This document shows positions 45,862 to 54,452 of a stretch of DNA of 64,000 nt, piece after piece. Each line of letters begins with the position of its first letter. Within the stretch, counting starts at the first letter, position 1. Source of the stretch: an uncultured Candidatus Saccharibacteria bacterium (GTDB taxonomy: Bacteria; Patescibacteriota; Saccharimonadia; CAILAD01; BJGX01); assembly GCA_964610335.1 (NCBI GenBank), contig CAZSVP010000002.1, forward strand, positions 14,376 through 78,375, given 5' to 3'. The notes under the pieces are model-generated. The model worked only from the letters and a program-made list of their open reading frames with translations. It was not told the origin of the DNA and searched no databases. A program made the position numbers and the translations under genes.

Positions 45862-45945
45862 AAGTTCTCCTTAGTTACATTCCTATCATACCAAATTACA
45901 CGTTACAGCGTATTATTTCTACTAACCAAAAAGTGGCTTAAGCGA

Positions 45946-45974
45946 TTGAAAGATGCCGCTAAATCTGCTAGACT
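45946..45974 (+). promoter_or_regulatory. tRNA operon promoter
   Basis: TTGAAA-17 nt-TAGACT. Confidence 0.65.
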
Positions 45975-46010
45975 GTAATCTGTTTTTGATCTGATTCTTG
46001 TTTTCTTTTA

Positions 46011-46119
46011 CATTTTGCTAAACCAAGCTTCTGTTTAGCAAAATGAGAGGAAAATTGTTGTGGCAATTGAAGCAATCAGACTTGTCTGATTGTGAAAATT
46101 ACAGTCAACAGTTTGACGA
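46011..46119 (+). ncRNA. Structured pre-tRNA leader motif, copy 1
   Basis: Shares architecture and covarying stems with 48673-48782. Confidence 0.65.
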
Positions 46120-46206
46120 GCAGGGGTAGCGAAGCGGCCAAACGCGGCAGACTGTAAATCTGCTGGCTTTATGCCTTCGGGGGTTCGAATCCCTCCCCCT
46201 GCACCA
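46120..46206 (+). tRNA. tRNA-Tyr(GUA)
   Basis: GCAGGGG/CCCCTGC acceptor stem, anticodon GTA, long variable arm, encoded CCA. Confidence 0.96.
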
Positions 46207-46282
46207 GCCGATGTAGCTCAGTGGCTAGAGCAACTGTTTTGTAAACAGTAGGTCGTGGGTTCGAATCCCTCCATCGGCTCCA
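46207..46282 (+). tRNA. tRNA-Thr(UGU)
   Basis: GCCGATG/CATCGGC acceptor stem, anticodon TGT, CCA; abuts tRNA-Tyr with no spacer. Confidence 0.96.
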
Positions 46283-46306
46283 TGTTATTATCAGCAGCTA
46301 AAACAC

Positions 46307-46382
46307 GCCGCCCTAGCTCAGTTGGTAGAGCGCTTCCATGGTAAGGAAGAGGTCGCGGGTTCGAATCCCACGGGTGGCTCCA
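46307..46382 (+). tRNA. tRNA-Thr(GGU)
   Basis: GCCGCCC/GGGTGGC acceptor stem, anticodon GGT, CCA. Confidence 0.96.
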
Positions 46383-46409
46383 GAAATTATAACAATAAGG
46401 CTAAAAACT

Positions 46410-46634
46410 ATGGCGACCAAGAAAAAAGATACTACTCGTAAGTCCCTATACTTGTCAGACGACAAGAAGCTGCTTGGCGTAGCTGGTGGGATTGCCGAAT
46501 ATTTTGATATCGATCCTGCAATTGTACGAATTATTGCCCTCATACTAATAGTATGCTCAGGATTCGTGCCGGGTATGATTATATACTTCATAATTGGGCT
46601 GTTTATCATGCCTGAAAAAAATGCCAAAAAGTAA
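46410..46634 (+). CDS. PspC-domain protein
   Basis: LYLSDDKKLLGVAGGIAEYFDIDPAIVR. Confidence 0.9.
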   Translation: MATKKKDTTRKSLYLSDDKKLLGVAGGIAEYFDIDPAIVRIIALILIVCSGFVPGMIIYFIIGLFIMPEKNAKK

Positions 46635-46842
46635 CCATAAATCCGACAAGGAACTCACCCTTGCTGCTGATGACAAAAAAGTCGCGGGTATTGCCGGAGG
46701 TATTGCTGAGTATTACAACCTCAGCCCAGTATGGGTGCGTATAGTAGGCATTGTATTTATAGTACTGTCGGGCATCATCCCCGGTCTGCTTATTTATTTC
46801 ATCATTGCTACGGCCATTCGTCGTGGCGAATCAAAAAACTAG
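46621..46842 (+). CDS. PspC-domain protein (tandem paralog)
   Basis: DDKKVAGIAGGIAEYYNLSPVWVR. Confidence 0.88.
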   Translation: MPKSNHKSDKELTLAADDKKVAGIAGGIAEYYNLSPVWVRIVGIVFIVLSGIIPGLLIYFIIATAIRRGESKN

Positions 46843-47273
46843 TTTCTAAGTGTGCCTATCTTATAATCTTGCAACATTTGGCCTGCAGTTGTGGAATGTC
46901 CACGACCACCACTGCGCCCTTGTGTATCGAACGCCTTTGTAGCTTCCTTACCACAGTACGGTATAATCTCAGCTTCACCACCGGGATGCTGACTAAGAAA
47001 CTTCGATACATCATAAACATTACCATTTACTACCAACCAGCAATTTGATGCAGTATTGTGACTCGAGACCTCAGAAATTGTAAAAACTTGAGTGGCTTGG
47101 CTTGGTTGAGTCTGGGTTGGATTGTTGGAGTTTGTATTCGATGGTGAAGGTGTTGTCACTGGCTGAGTAGGTGTAGCAGCTTCTCTTTGTTGTTTTTGTA
47201 AAAAACCCAGTACAAAGATACCGCACATTATCACTGCACAAACACCAGTGATTATCGCAAGTAGATACTTCAT
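46839..47273 (-). CDS. Membrane-anchored cytochrome b5-like heme-binding protein
   Basis: CWLVVNGNVYDVSKFLSQHPGG...GHS. Confidence 0.9.
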   Translation of the reverse strand: MKYLLAIITGVCAVIMCGIFVLGFLQKQQREAATPTQPVTTPSPSNTNSNNPTQTQPSQATQVFTISEVSSHNTASNCWLVVNGNVYDVSKFLSQHPGGEAEIIPYCGKEATKAFDTQGRSGGRGHSTTAGQMLQDYKIGTLRN

Positions 47274-48550
47274 GACAAGCTAAACTCCTCGGTTATGATA
47301 TGGGTTTTGCTTACACCATCATTCACCAAACTTCTTTTAAATGCCTTCATCATGGGTGGTGGGCCACATATCCATATAGCGGTGTTGATATCATAAATCT
47401 TAGTAATGTCATGGCTAGTAAGCTGAGTTTGATGCTCTGTATCGATGAAGTGTATGTGAAAGTTTGGCTTGAGCTTGGCAATAGCTTGCAACTCTCTTAA
47501 GAAATAAGCCTGGGATTTAGAACGCACGCTATAGAACAAGTCGACTTGCTGCTTGTCCAGTGATTTGGCCATTGCCACAAATGGAGTGATGCCTATTCCA
47601 CCAGCTATCCAAATCTGTTTCTGATAGTTAGTAAGCTCACTACCAAATTCACCATATGCCCCCTCAACTATTACGTCGTCACCAACCTTCAGCTCAGTTA
47701 GGCTGTTGGTAAAGTCACCAAGCTGCTTGATGCCCACGCTTATAGTACTACCACCTGGCACAGACGTAAGACTAAAGGGGTGAAATTGCTTTTTGACTGC
47801 ACTATTGATGGGTTTGACAAAAACAAACTGCCCCGGCGTATATCCACCTATGCCGTTATTTGAACTGAGGCTCAGCTCCAGCACTTCAGCTTGCTTAGAA
47901 ATATCAGTTACTTGGTAACTATAGCGTCTGCGAAAACTACCATGAAAAAGTGAACGATATAGCATAACTATGAGCGCCAATCCCACCAGAACACTTCCAT
48001 AAATTATGAGCGGCCACGATTGCAAGACATCACTACCAGTCATATATATAGCGTGGTATGCGCCCAGGAAGAATACTAGTCCCAGTGTGATCTGCAGCTT
48101 TACAAACAGTTCGTGCTTGATTACCAAATAAGTAGTAGCAAAGATCGCCACAAACATAATACCGAGTGTTGCTTCCGCGGCTAGCTGTGGATAGTTCAGG
48201 CTCGGTTTTAGGAACTCATACGCACTAGTAAACGAAATCATGGCATAGCGAATAGCTATAAGCGTCGGGTGGATTATCAACAGCATGAATGCGATACAAC
48301 CTGTACGGTGGTGCCAACGATATAGATTGGGTAATCCTCCATAAAGCCTCTCAAACATCTCTAGCCTTGTGCTGAGTAAGATATTCCAACCAAATAGTGA
48401 GAACCCCGCCAGTGCAAAAAGCTTAACAGCGGTATTAACACTGCTGGATAGTGTATCAAGCAAGATTGGCTGGCTGACAACCCACAATAGTACTGGGAAA
48501 AGTGCCACTACTGCAGTTGTTATAGTTGCTCGAATGTTGGCTTTTTGCAT
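47270..48550 (-). CDS. Ferric reductase-like TM domain plus FAD/NAD-binding oxidoreductase
   Basis: YRWHH, HP, HPFSLTS, IAGGIGITPF and ICGPPPMM motifs. Confidence 0.9.
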   Translation of the reverse strand: MQKANIRATITTAVVALFPVLLWVVSQPILLDTLSSSVNTAVKLFALAGFSLFGWNILLSTRLEMFERLYGGLPNLYRWHHRTGCIAFMLLIIHPTLIAIRYAMISFTSAYEFLKPSLNYPQLAAEATLGIMFVAIFATTYLVIKHELFVKLQITLGLVFFLGAYHAIYMTGSDVLQSWPLIIYGSVLVGLALIVMLYRSLFHGSFRRRYSYQVTDISKQAEVLELSLSSNNGIGGYTPGQFVFVKPINSAVKKQFHPFSLTSVPGGSTISVGIKQLGDFTNSLTELKVGDDVIVEGAYGEFGSELTNYQKQIWIAGGIGITPFVAMAKSLDKQQVDLFYSVRSKSQAYFLRELQAIAKLKPNFHIHFIDTEHQTQLTSHDITKIYDINTAIWICGPPPMMKAFKRSLVNDGVSKTHIITEEFSLS

Positions 48551-48672
48551 TGTCTTATCATAACCTCTTATATGCCCCCCTCAAGCACTTACCACAAGGC
48601 TATAAATCTACCTGGTTATTTGGTAAAATGATCGAGTTACTATTGTAACTTTCCTAGCCGTTTCAGGATAAA

Positions 48673-48782
48673 CGCTTTTGTAAACCAAGTTTCTGTTTGC
48701 AAAAGCGAAAGGAAGAACACGATGTATGCTGACAGAGATTTCCTTGAAATCGCGAGAAGCAGAAATGCGTGTTCTGACGCAG
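48673..48782 (+). ncRNA. Structured pre-tRNA leader motif, copy 2
   Basis: Same architecture as 46011-46119. Confidence 0.65.
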
Positions 48783-48859
48783 AGGGGTGTAGCTCAGTTG
48801 GCTAGAGCGTCGGTCTCCAAAACCGAAGGTCGCGGGTTCGACTCCTGCCACCCCTGCCA
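48783..48859 (+). tRNA. tRNA-Trp(CCA)
   Basis: AGGGGTG/CACCCCT acceptor stem, anticodon CCA, encoded CCA. Confidence 0.96.
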
Positions 48860-48876
48860 AAGCACTTATGCTTAAA
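48853..48876 (+). repeat. tRNA-Trp 3'-end direct repeat, copy 1
   Basis: CCTGCCAAAGCACTTATGCTTAAA, followed by a terminator hairpin. Confidence 0.75.
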
Positions 48877-48949
48877 AGACCATTTGGTCTTTTTTTTGTT
48901 ATCATAGGGTTGTATTAAGTTAATTCAATAACCACTTTTAAGGAGCTGC

Positions 48950-49411
48950 ATGAAAAAAGATGAAGTAATGAAGCAATCAATATTGTATGGAATAATAGGA
49001 TTACTGGTAGGCATACTACTGACAGTATTTGTAGCTACGATTTCAGTAAATAACAACAATCAAACTATGATGCGGGTAATGGGTATGAAAACTAACCAAA
49101 ATAGCCCTAGTGTTATGCGTGACTCATCTATGAGCATGGATGACATGACGAATGAGCTTAAAAGCAAAACAGGAGATGAATTCGACAAAGCTTTCTTGGC
49201 TGAGATGATAGTACACCATCAAGGAGCAATAGATATGGCAAATTTGGTACTACAAAAATCTACAAAACCAGAACTCCGTAGCTTAGCAAATGACATCATT
49301 GCAGCACAAACCAAAGAGATTAACCAAATGAAGATATGGCAACAACAGTGGGGTTATCCAGTGAGCTCAAGCTCAGATGATAGTATGGGCGGCATGCATA
49401 TGATGCATTAG
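48950..49411 (+). CDS. DUF305 / CopM-like ferritin-fold metal-binding protein
   Basis: FDKAFLAEMIVHHQGAIDMA; Met/His-rich. Confidence 0.9.
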   Translation: MKKDEVMKQSILYGIIGLLVGILLTVFVATISVNNNNQTMMRVMGMKTNQNSPSVMRDSSMSMDDMTNELKSKTGDEFDKAFLAEMIVHHQGAIDMANLVLQKSTKPELRSLANDIIAAQTKEINQMKIWQQQWGYPVSSSSDDSMGGMHMMH

Positions 49412-49414
49412 TGT

Positions 49415-51418
49415 ATGAATCACCAGCAGCACAACCATAGCGAAGAACAAGACTACGACAAGCACGCTGGTCACTCGGTAGCGATGTTTCGTAGTAAGTT
49501 TTGGGTTTGTCTCGTTTTAACAGTTCCCGTTCTTTTGTATTCAGACAATGTTGCACGCTGGCTTCATGTAAGCCCACCGAGTTTCCCTGGCTCAATGTAT
49601 GTACCATTTGTACTGAGCAGCGTCATATTCTTTTATGGCGGCTGGGTATTTATAAAAGGAGCTATTGGCGAACTTAAGAGTCGATTACCGGGTATGATGA
49701 CCCTCATAAGTCTGGCAATCATTACTTCGTATATATACAGTTTAGCAACGGTATTTGGGTTGCCAGGCGAAGGCTTCTTTTGGGAGTTAGCAACGCTTGT
49801 GACTATTATGCTACTTGGCCACTGGCTAGAAATGGCCTCGGTTGCCCGAGCAGAAAGTGCTATTGATGCAATTGCCAAACTTTTACCTGACAAAGCTGAA
49901 AAGCTCGTAAATGGTAAGCCTCAGGCCGTAATGGTTTCTGAGCTAAAGATTGGTGATTTGGTTTTGGTACGACCAGGTACCAATATCCCAGTTGACGGCA
50001 TTGTAACAGACGGTACATCTGCCGTAGATGAAGCAGCCTTTTCTGGCGAATCAAAGCCTGTAACTAAAGCTATTCATGATGAAATTGTGGCTGGCACAGT
50101 CAATCAAGATGGGGCTTTAACGGTCAAAGTAACTAAGCTCGGTGACGATACTGCTTTGGCTGGCATAATGCGGCTAGTCAAAGAAGCCCAAGCCTCAAAG
50201 TCTAATGTTCAAGTGTTGGCAGACAAAGCAGCTTTTTGGCTGACTATTATTGCCCTCTCAGCTAGCTTATTAACGTTTGGATATTGGCTATTTGCCAAAG
50301 ACAGCCTATTCGCCCTAGAACGAGCCGTGACGGTGCTTATAATCGCTTGTCCTCACGCTTTAGGCTTAGCAATCCCTCTTGTAGTATCAATCTCTACGGC
50401 AATCTCTGCCCGCAACGGATTACTCGTGCGAAAACGGTTAGCCCTGGAATCAGCTCGTAAACTAGACATAGTGTTGTTTGATAAAACCGGCACACTAACT
50501 AAGGGTAAGCATGGCGTGACCAATATCTTTACCACTGATGGATATACCAATGATCAAATTCTTAGTCTTACAGCAAGCCTAGAGCAACAAAGCGAGCATA
50601 TCGTTGGTCAGGGCATCGTGAACAAAGCCACCGAACAGAAACTCGAACTGTCGAAAGTGTCGTCTTTTTCGGCAATCCCGGGTATAGGTGTACAGGCAAC
50701 AATAAATAAACAGAAATACTTAGCCGTGAGTTATCGCTATATCGAAGATAATAAGATTGAATTGCCAAGTGTTCTCGGCAAGCAACTCAAACAGGCTGCC
50801 AAAGAAGGAAAAACAGAAGTTTACTTAGTAACAAATAAGAAGGTAGTCGGCGCATTAGCATTGACCGATATAATCAGGACTGAATCAAAAGAAGCTATTG
50901 CGGCCTTGCAGGCCATGAATATTCGTACCGCTATGATTACAGGCGACTCAGAAGATGTTGCAAAGTATGTGGCTAAACAACTTAAATTAGATGTGTATTT
51001 TGCGGAAGTACGGCCAGAGAATAAGGCTGATAAGGTCAAAGAGCTACAAGCACAAGGCGAGCAGGTGGCAATGGTTGGTGATGGTATCAACGATGCCCCA
51101 GCATTAACGGCAGCCACTATTGGGATTGCTATCGGAGCTGGCACTGACGTAGCTATTAAGTCAGCCGATATTATCCTTGTTAAGAGTAATCCACTTGATG
51201 TTGTAAAAGTAATACATTTATCTAAAGCGACATATAAGAAGATGAGGCAAAACTTAATTTGGGCAACTGGTTATAATGTTGTGGCTATCCCGCTGGCCGC
51301 AGGTGTGTTGTATAGCTTCGGAATCTTGTTAGCCCCAGCAATAGGTGCGGTGCTAATGTCAGTGTCTACGATTGTGGTGGCTGCCAATGCCCAACTTCTT
51401 AGAAGGACAAGACTATGA
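49415..51418 (+). CDS. Copper-translocating P1B-type ATPase (CopB-like, CPH motif)
   Basis: His-rich N-terminus, CPHALGLA, DKTGT and GDGINDAP. Confidence 0.93.
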   Translation: MNHQQHNHSEEQDYDKHAGHSVAMFRSKFWVCLVLTVPVLLYSDNVARWLHVSPPSFPGSMYVPFVLSSVIFFYGGWVFIKGAIGELKSRLPGMMTLISLAIITSYIYSLATVFGLPGEGFFWELATLVTIMLLGHWLEMASVARAESAIDAIAKLLPDKAEKLVNGKPQAVMVSELKIGDLVLVRPGTNIPVDGIVTDGTSAVDEAAFSGESKPVTKAIHDEIVAGTVNQDGALTVKVTKLGDDTALAGIMRLVKEAQASKSNVQVLADKAAFWLTIIALSASLLTFGYWLFAKDSLFALERAVTVLIIACPHALGLAIPLVVSISTAISARNGLLVRKRLALESARKLDIVLFDKTGTLTKGKHGVTNIFTTDGYTNDQILSLTASLEQQSEHIVGQGIVNKATEQKLELSKVSSFSAIPGIGVQATINKQKYLAVSYRYIEDNKIELPSVLGKQLKQAAKEGKTEVYLVTNKKVVGALALTDIIRTESKEAIAALQAMNIRTAMITGDSEDVAKYVAKQLKLDVYFAEVRPENKADKVKELQAQGEQVAMVGDGINDAPALTAATIGIAIGAGTDVAIKSADIILVKSNPLDVVKVIHLSKATYKKMRQNLIWATGYNVVAIPLAAGVLYSFGILLAPAIGAVLMSVSTIVVAANAQLLRRTRL

Positions 51419-52038
51419 ATAAAAAAAGCAGTAAAGGTACCCCTCGGTTTGACCTGCTGGTTGCACTTTCATCAGGAATTTTTGCAGGAGCGGCAATATT
51501 TGAAATTATTCCAGAATCAGCGAAACAGTTGGGGTGGATCAATGCCTTTTTATTAACAGTTACTGGGTTTGTGATATGGTATGTGCTTAAATTAGTAACT
51601 AACAAGTTTTCAAAGAACGCTTTTGCCATATCTGCAAGTTTAGCATTTTGGTTTCATTCCCTGCTCGAAGGTGCCATAACCGCCGTAGGATTGAGTATTG
51701 GTGGAATAGTTGGTTTCGGCATAGTAACTGGTATGATACTGCACTTACTCCCTGAATTTTTTGCTGTGGTGGCAATTTTGCGTTCTGAGGGCTTTTCTTT
51801 AAAAAAGTCTGTAATGGTCGATGTAATAACCATCATTGTATTACTTGTAAGCTTTGGTATCACTTATTACTTTCTGCGACAGTTCAGCCAAACTACACTC
51901 GTTGCTCTTGAAGCCGTTAGCGCGGGGGCGTTCTTGTATATTGCCGGACATAGCCTACTAACACGAGTTCGTATGTCAACTTTGGTTGCTGCCACAGCTG
52001 GGTTGGCTATTATGTTATTAATTCGTGTGGTCGTATAA
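51415..52038 (+). CDS. ZIP-like metal transporter
   Basis: SGIFAGAAIFEIIPES, FHSLLEG, LHLLPE and AGAFLYIA. Confidence 0.75.
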   Translation: MNKKSSKGTPRFDLLVALSSGIFAGAAIFEIIPESAKQLGWINAFLLTVTGFVIWYVLKLVTNKFSKNAFAISASLAFWFHSLLEGAITAVGLSIGGIVGFGIVTGMILHLLPEFFAVVAILRSEGFSLKKSVMVDVITIIVLLVSFGITYYFLRQFSQTTLVALEAVSAGAFLYIAGHSLLTRVRMSTLVAATAGLAIMLLIRVVV

Positions 52039-52068
52039 TTAAAGCAGTCCTAAGCTGGTTCACAACGT

Positions 52069-52092
52069 CCTGCCAGAGTACTTATGCTTAAA
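52069..52092 (+). repeat. tRNA-Trp 3'-end direct repeat, copy 2
   Basis: CCTGCCAGAGTACTTATGCTTAAA (22/24 identical to copy 1), also followed by a hairpin and T-tract. Confidence 0.75.
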
Positions 52093-52128
52093 GAAGCCCA
52101 CGGGGTTTCTTTTTGATATAATAAGTTT

Positions 52129-52737
52129 ATTAGAAAAATTATCACTACAACAATGATTACCCTAGACGGCGTTATGCAAGCGCCCGGTGCCTCCAAAGAA
52201 GATACTGCGCAAGGGTTTGAATACGGAGGTTGGCAGACTGGCTATTGGGACGAAGATGCAGACAAAATAATAGACACAAAGGTACAGGCTGCACCTTTTG
52301 ACCTGCTCTTAGGAAGACTCACGTATGAAATCTTTGCGGCTTACTGGCCTAATTACACAGATGAACAGCGTTGGGGCAAGCCATTCAATAGCGCGAAAAA
52401 GTATGTTGTCTCACCCAAGCCCTTCAAACTCTCTTGGAATAATTCTGAACTTATTACGGGTGATGTGCTGGCAGAAATAAAAAAGCTTAAAAAATCAGAC
52501 GGTCCTGACCTATTAGTGTACGGTAGTGGCAACCTTATACAAACGCTTCTTAGTAACAACCTAATAGACAGAATGCACATCTGGACATTTCCTGTTACTA
52601 TTGGTACCGGCAAAAGATTATTCGCAGAAGGCACACAGCCAGAGCGCTTTAACCCGGTAGACTCCAAAATTACCAAGACAGGCATAATATTTGCCACCTA
52701 CGAGCCAAAGGGACCGCTCAAAAAAACCCAGAGCTAG
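52129..52737 (+). CDS. Dihydrofolate reductase/RibD C-terminal family protein (apparent ATT start; first ATG at 52153)
   Basis: TLDGVMQAPG, LLLGRLTYE, YGSGNL and GTGKRLF. Confidence 0.85.
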   Translation: MRKIITTTMITLDGVMQAPGASKEDTAQGFEYGGWQTGYWDEDADKIIDTKVQAAPFDLLLGRLTYEIFAAYWPNYTDEQRWGKPFNSAKKYVVSPKPFKLSWNNSELITGDVLAEIKKLKKSDGPDLLVYGSGNLIQTLLSNNLIDRMHIWTFPVTIGTGKRLFAEGTQPERFNPVDSKITKTGIIFATYEPKGPLKKTQS

Positions 52738-52778
52738 ACTCGATTATCATTAATAAAGTACTAATCTCGCTTACTACG

Positions 52779-52793
52779 CCCTGCCAAAGTACT
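52779..52793 (+). repeat. tRNA-Trp 3'-end direct repeat, copy 3
   Basis: CCCTGCCAAAGTACT (14/15 identical to 48852-48866). Confidence 0.6.
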
Positions 52794-52838
52794 AATTGGT
52801 GCCAAGACAATCGAACAGCTTTTTGATATGATAGTCAC

Positions 52839-54452
52839 ATGAATCGAGCAGAAAAAACTGTTTTAATACTGCTGTGTATGGCGCAGCTTATACTTACCCT
52901 AGACTCTACGGTCATGAATGTATCAATCAGTACACTGGTAGTAGACCTCAACACAACAGTCTCGGCAGTCCAAAGCGCCATAGCCTTCTACACCCTAGTA
53001 ATGGCCGCATTTATGATCGCGGGTGCCAAGATCGGCGATGTGATTGGTCGCAAAAAAGCCTTCATAATCGGACTTATCATATACGGCACCGGTTCACTCA
53101 TCACATCGCTAGCACCCAACATCAATGTACTCAAATTCGGCTGGTCACTTCTAGAAGGCTTAGGCGCAGCCTTGATAGTACCAGCGATGATATCACTAAT
53201 AGCGAGCAACTTTGGAGCTGGACCAAGGCGCGTGCGAGCTTATGGAATGTTGGCCGCTATGGCAGCGATTGGAGCGGCAATTGGACCGATCGTAGGTGGT
53301 CTTCTGACCACCTATGCTAGCTGGCGACTGGTATTTGCCGGCGAGGTGCTAATAGTTCTATATATACTGTTCAATCACACCAAGATAAAAGACGCACCCG
53401 CCACTGCCAATCCACCTCGTCTCGATTGGCTCGGTGTAGGGCTAACTGCTGCTGGTATGTTTACAATTGTACAGGGCATACTACTAGCTAGTACTTATGG
53501 ATTCTTCCGTGCCCGCCAAGCTTTTGAAATCAATGGCAATGTAGTGATTGAGCCTGGTCAGGTATCTCCTACTGTGTACTTTGTGATTGGTGGTGTAGTG
53601 ATACTGGCACTATTTGTGCTGTGGGAGCTTTGGCGGACCAAGAAAAACAAGGACGTCTTGGTGCATCTGCGATTGTTTGCCAACTCTGTTGTGCAATCGG
53701 GTTTAGGTACTATCCTAACACTATACTTCCTGCTTGGTGGTACTATGTATACCCTGGCACTATTTACACAGATTCAACTAGGATACAACGCTCTCCTATC
53801 TGGACTTACCATGCTGCCGCTTTCGGTAATGATATTGCTACTAGCTAGTCGTGGACCAGCCATGGCAGAAAAGTTTGCTCCACGCTACATAGTCCGTGCC
53901 GGATTCCTAGCAATATTTGTGGGTGTAATACTGGTAGGATTGACGTCGTCTAGTGCAACTTCTGGCTGGAAGTTAGTTCCTGGAATTGCCTTTGTAGGTA
54001 TGGGTGTAGGTATTATCATGTCGCAGTTGCAAAACTTGGTACAAAGCTCAGTAGAGTTGAAAGACTCATCGGAGACATCTGGCCTTATGGCTACGTTCCA
54101 AAACCTCGGAATGAGCTTGGGGACAGCTATCGGTGGTGTATTACTAATTATCTCACTACTCAATGTAAGCAGTCAGCTAATCGCTCAAAACACTACTCTC
54201 AGTGATAGTCAAAAAGCTCAGCTCAACACCGCTTACGAACAAAACGCTCAAATCGCCAGCAATGCTCAAGTTGAGGCGGCCACAGCCAGCTTGCCACCTG
54301 ACGTTTCCGCACAAGTGGTAGATATCAACGCTCAAGCACGTAGTGCCGCCCTAAGTAGGGTGTTTATACTGCTTGGAGTTATGAGCCTACTTGGTCTGGT
54401 AGCTACTATCAAGCTGCCACAAAACAAACCTGGTCCAAAAGCGCTCGGCTAG
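52839..54452 (+). CDS. MFS transporter, DHA2 (14-TM) family
   Basis: LDSTVMNVSI, GAKIGDVIGRKK and GPIVGGLLT motifs. Confidence 0.92.
   Translation: MNRAEKTVLILLCMAQLILTLDSTVMNVSISTLVVDLNTTVSAVQSAIAFYTLVMAAFMIAGAKIGDVIGRKKAFIIGLIIYGTGSLITSLAPNINVLKFGWSLLEGLGAALIVPAMISLIASNFGAGPRRVRAYGMLAAMAAIGAAIGPIVGGLLTTYASWRLVFAGEVLIVLYILFNHTKIKDAPATANPPRLDWLGVGLTAAGMFTIVQGILLASTYGFFRARQAFEINGNVVIEPGQVSPTVYFVIGGVVILALFVLWELWRTKKNKDVLVHLRLFANSVVQSGLGTILTLYFLLGGTMYTLALFTQIQLGYNALLSGLTMLPLSVMILLLASRGPAMAEKFAPRYIVRAGFLAIFVGVILVGLTSSSATSGWKLVPGIAFVGMGVGIIMSQLQNLVQSSVELKDSSETSGLMATFQNLGMSLGTAIGGVLLIISLLNVSSQLIAQNTTLSDSQKAQLNTAYEQNAQIASNAQVEAATASLPPDVSAQVVDINAQARSAALSRVFILLGVMSLLGLVATIKLPQNKPGPKALG

Noticed and set aside
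46011-46119. T-box or known riboswitch
   Set aside because: No T-box GGTGGNACC sequence and no terminator; the downstream gene is a tRNA.
46313-46627. ORFs overlapping tRNA-Thr (and 48663-48905 over tRNA-Trp)
   Set aside because: They overlap clear tRNA genes; PspC starts at 46410.
48783-48859. Recoded UGA (genetic code 25)
   Set aside because: TGA ends several clear genes (thyX, crtI, holB, ECF sigma) and conserved ORFs are uninterrupted.
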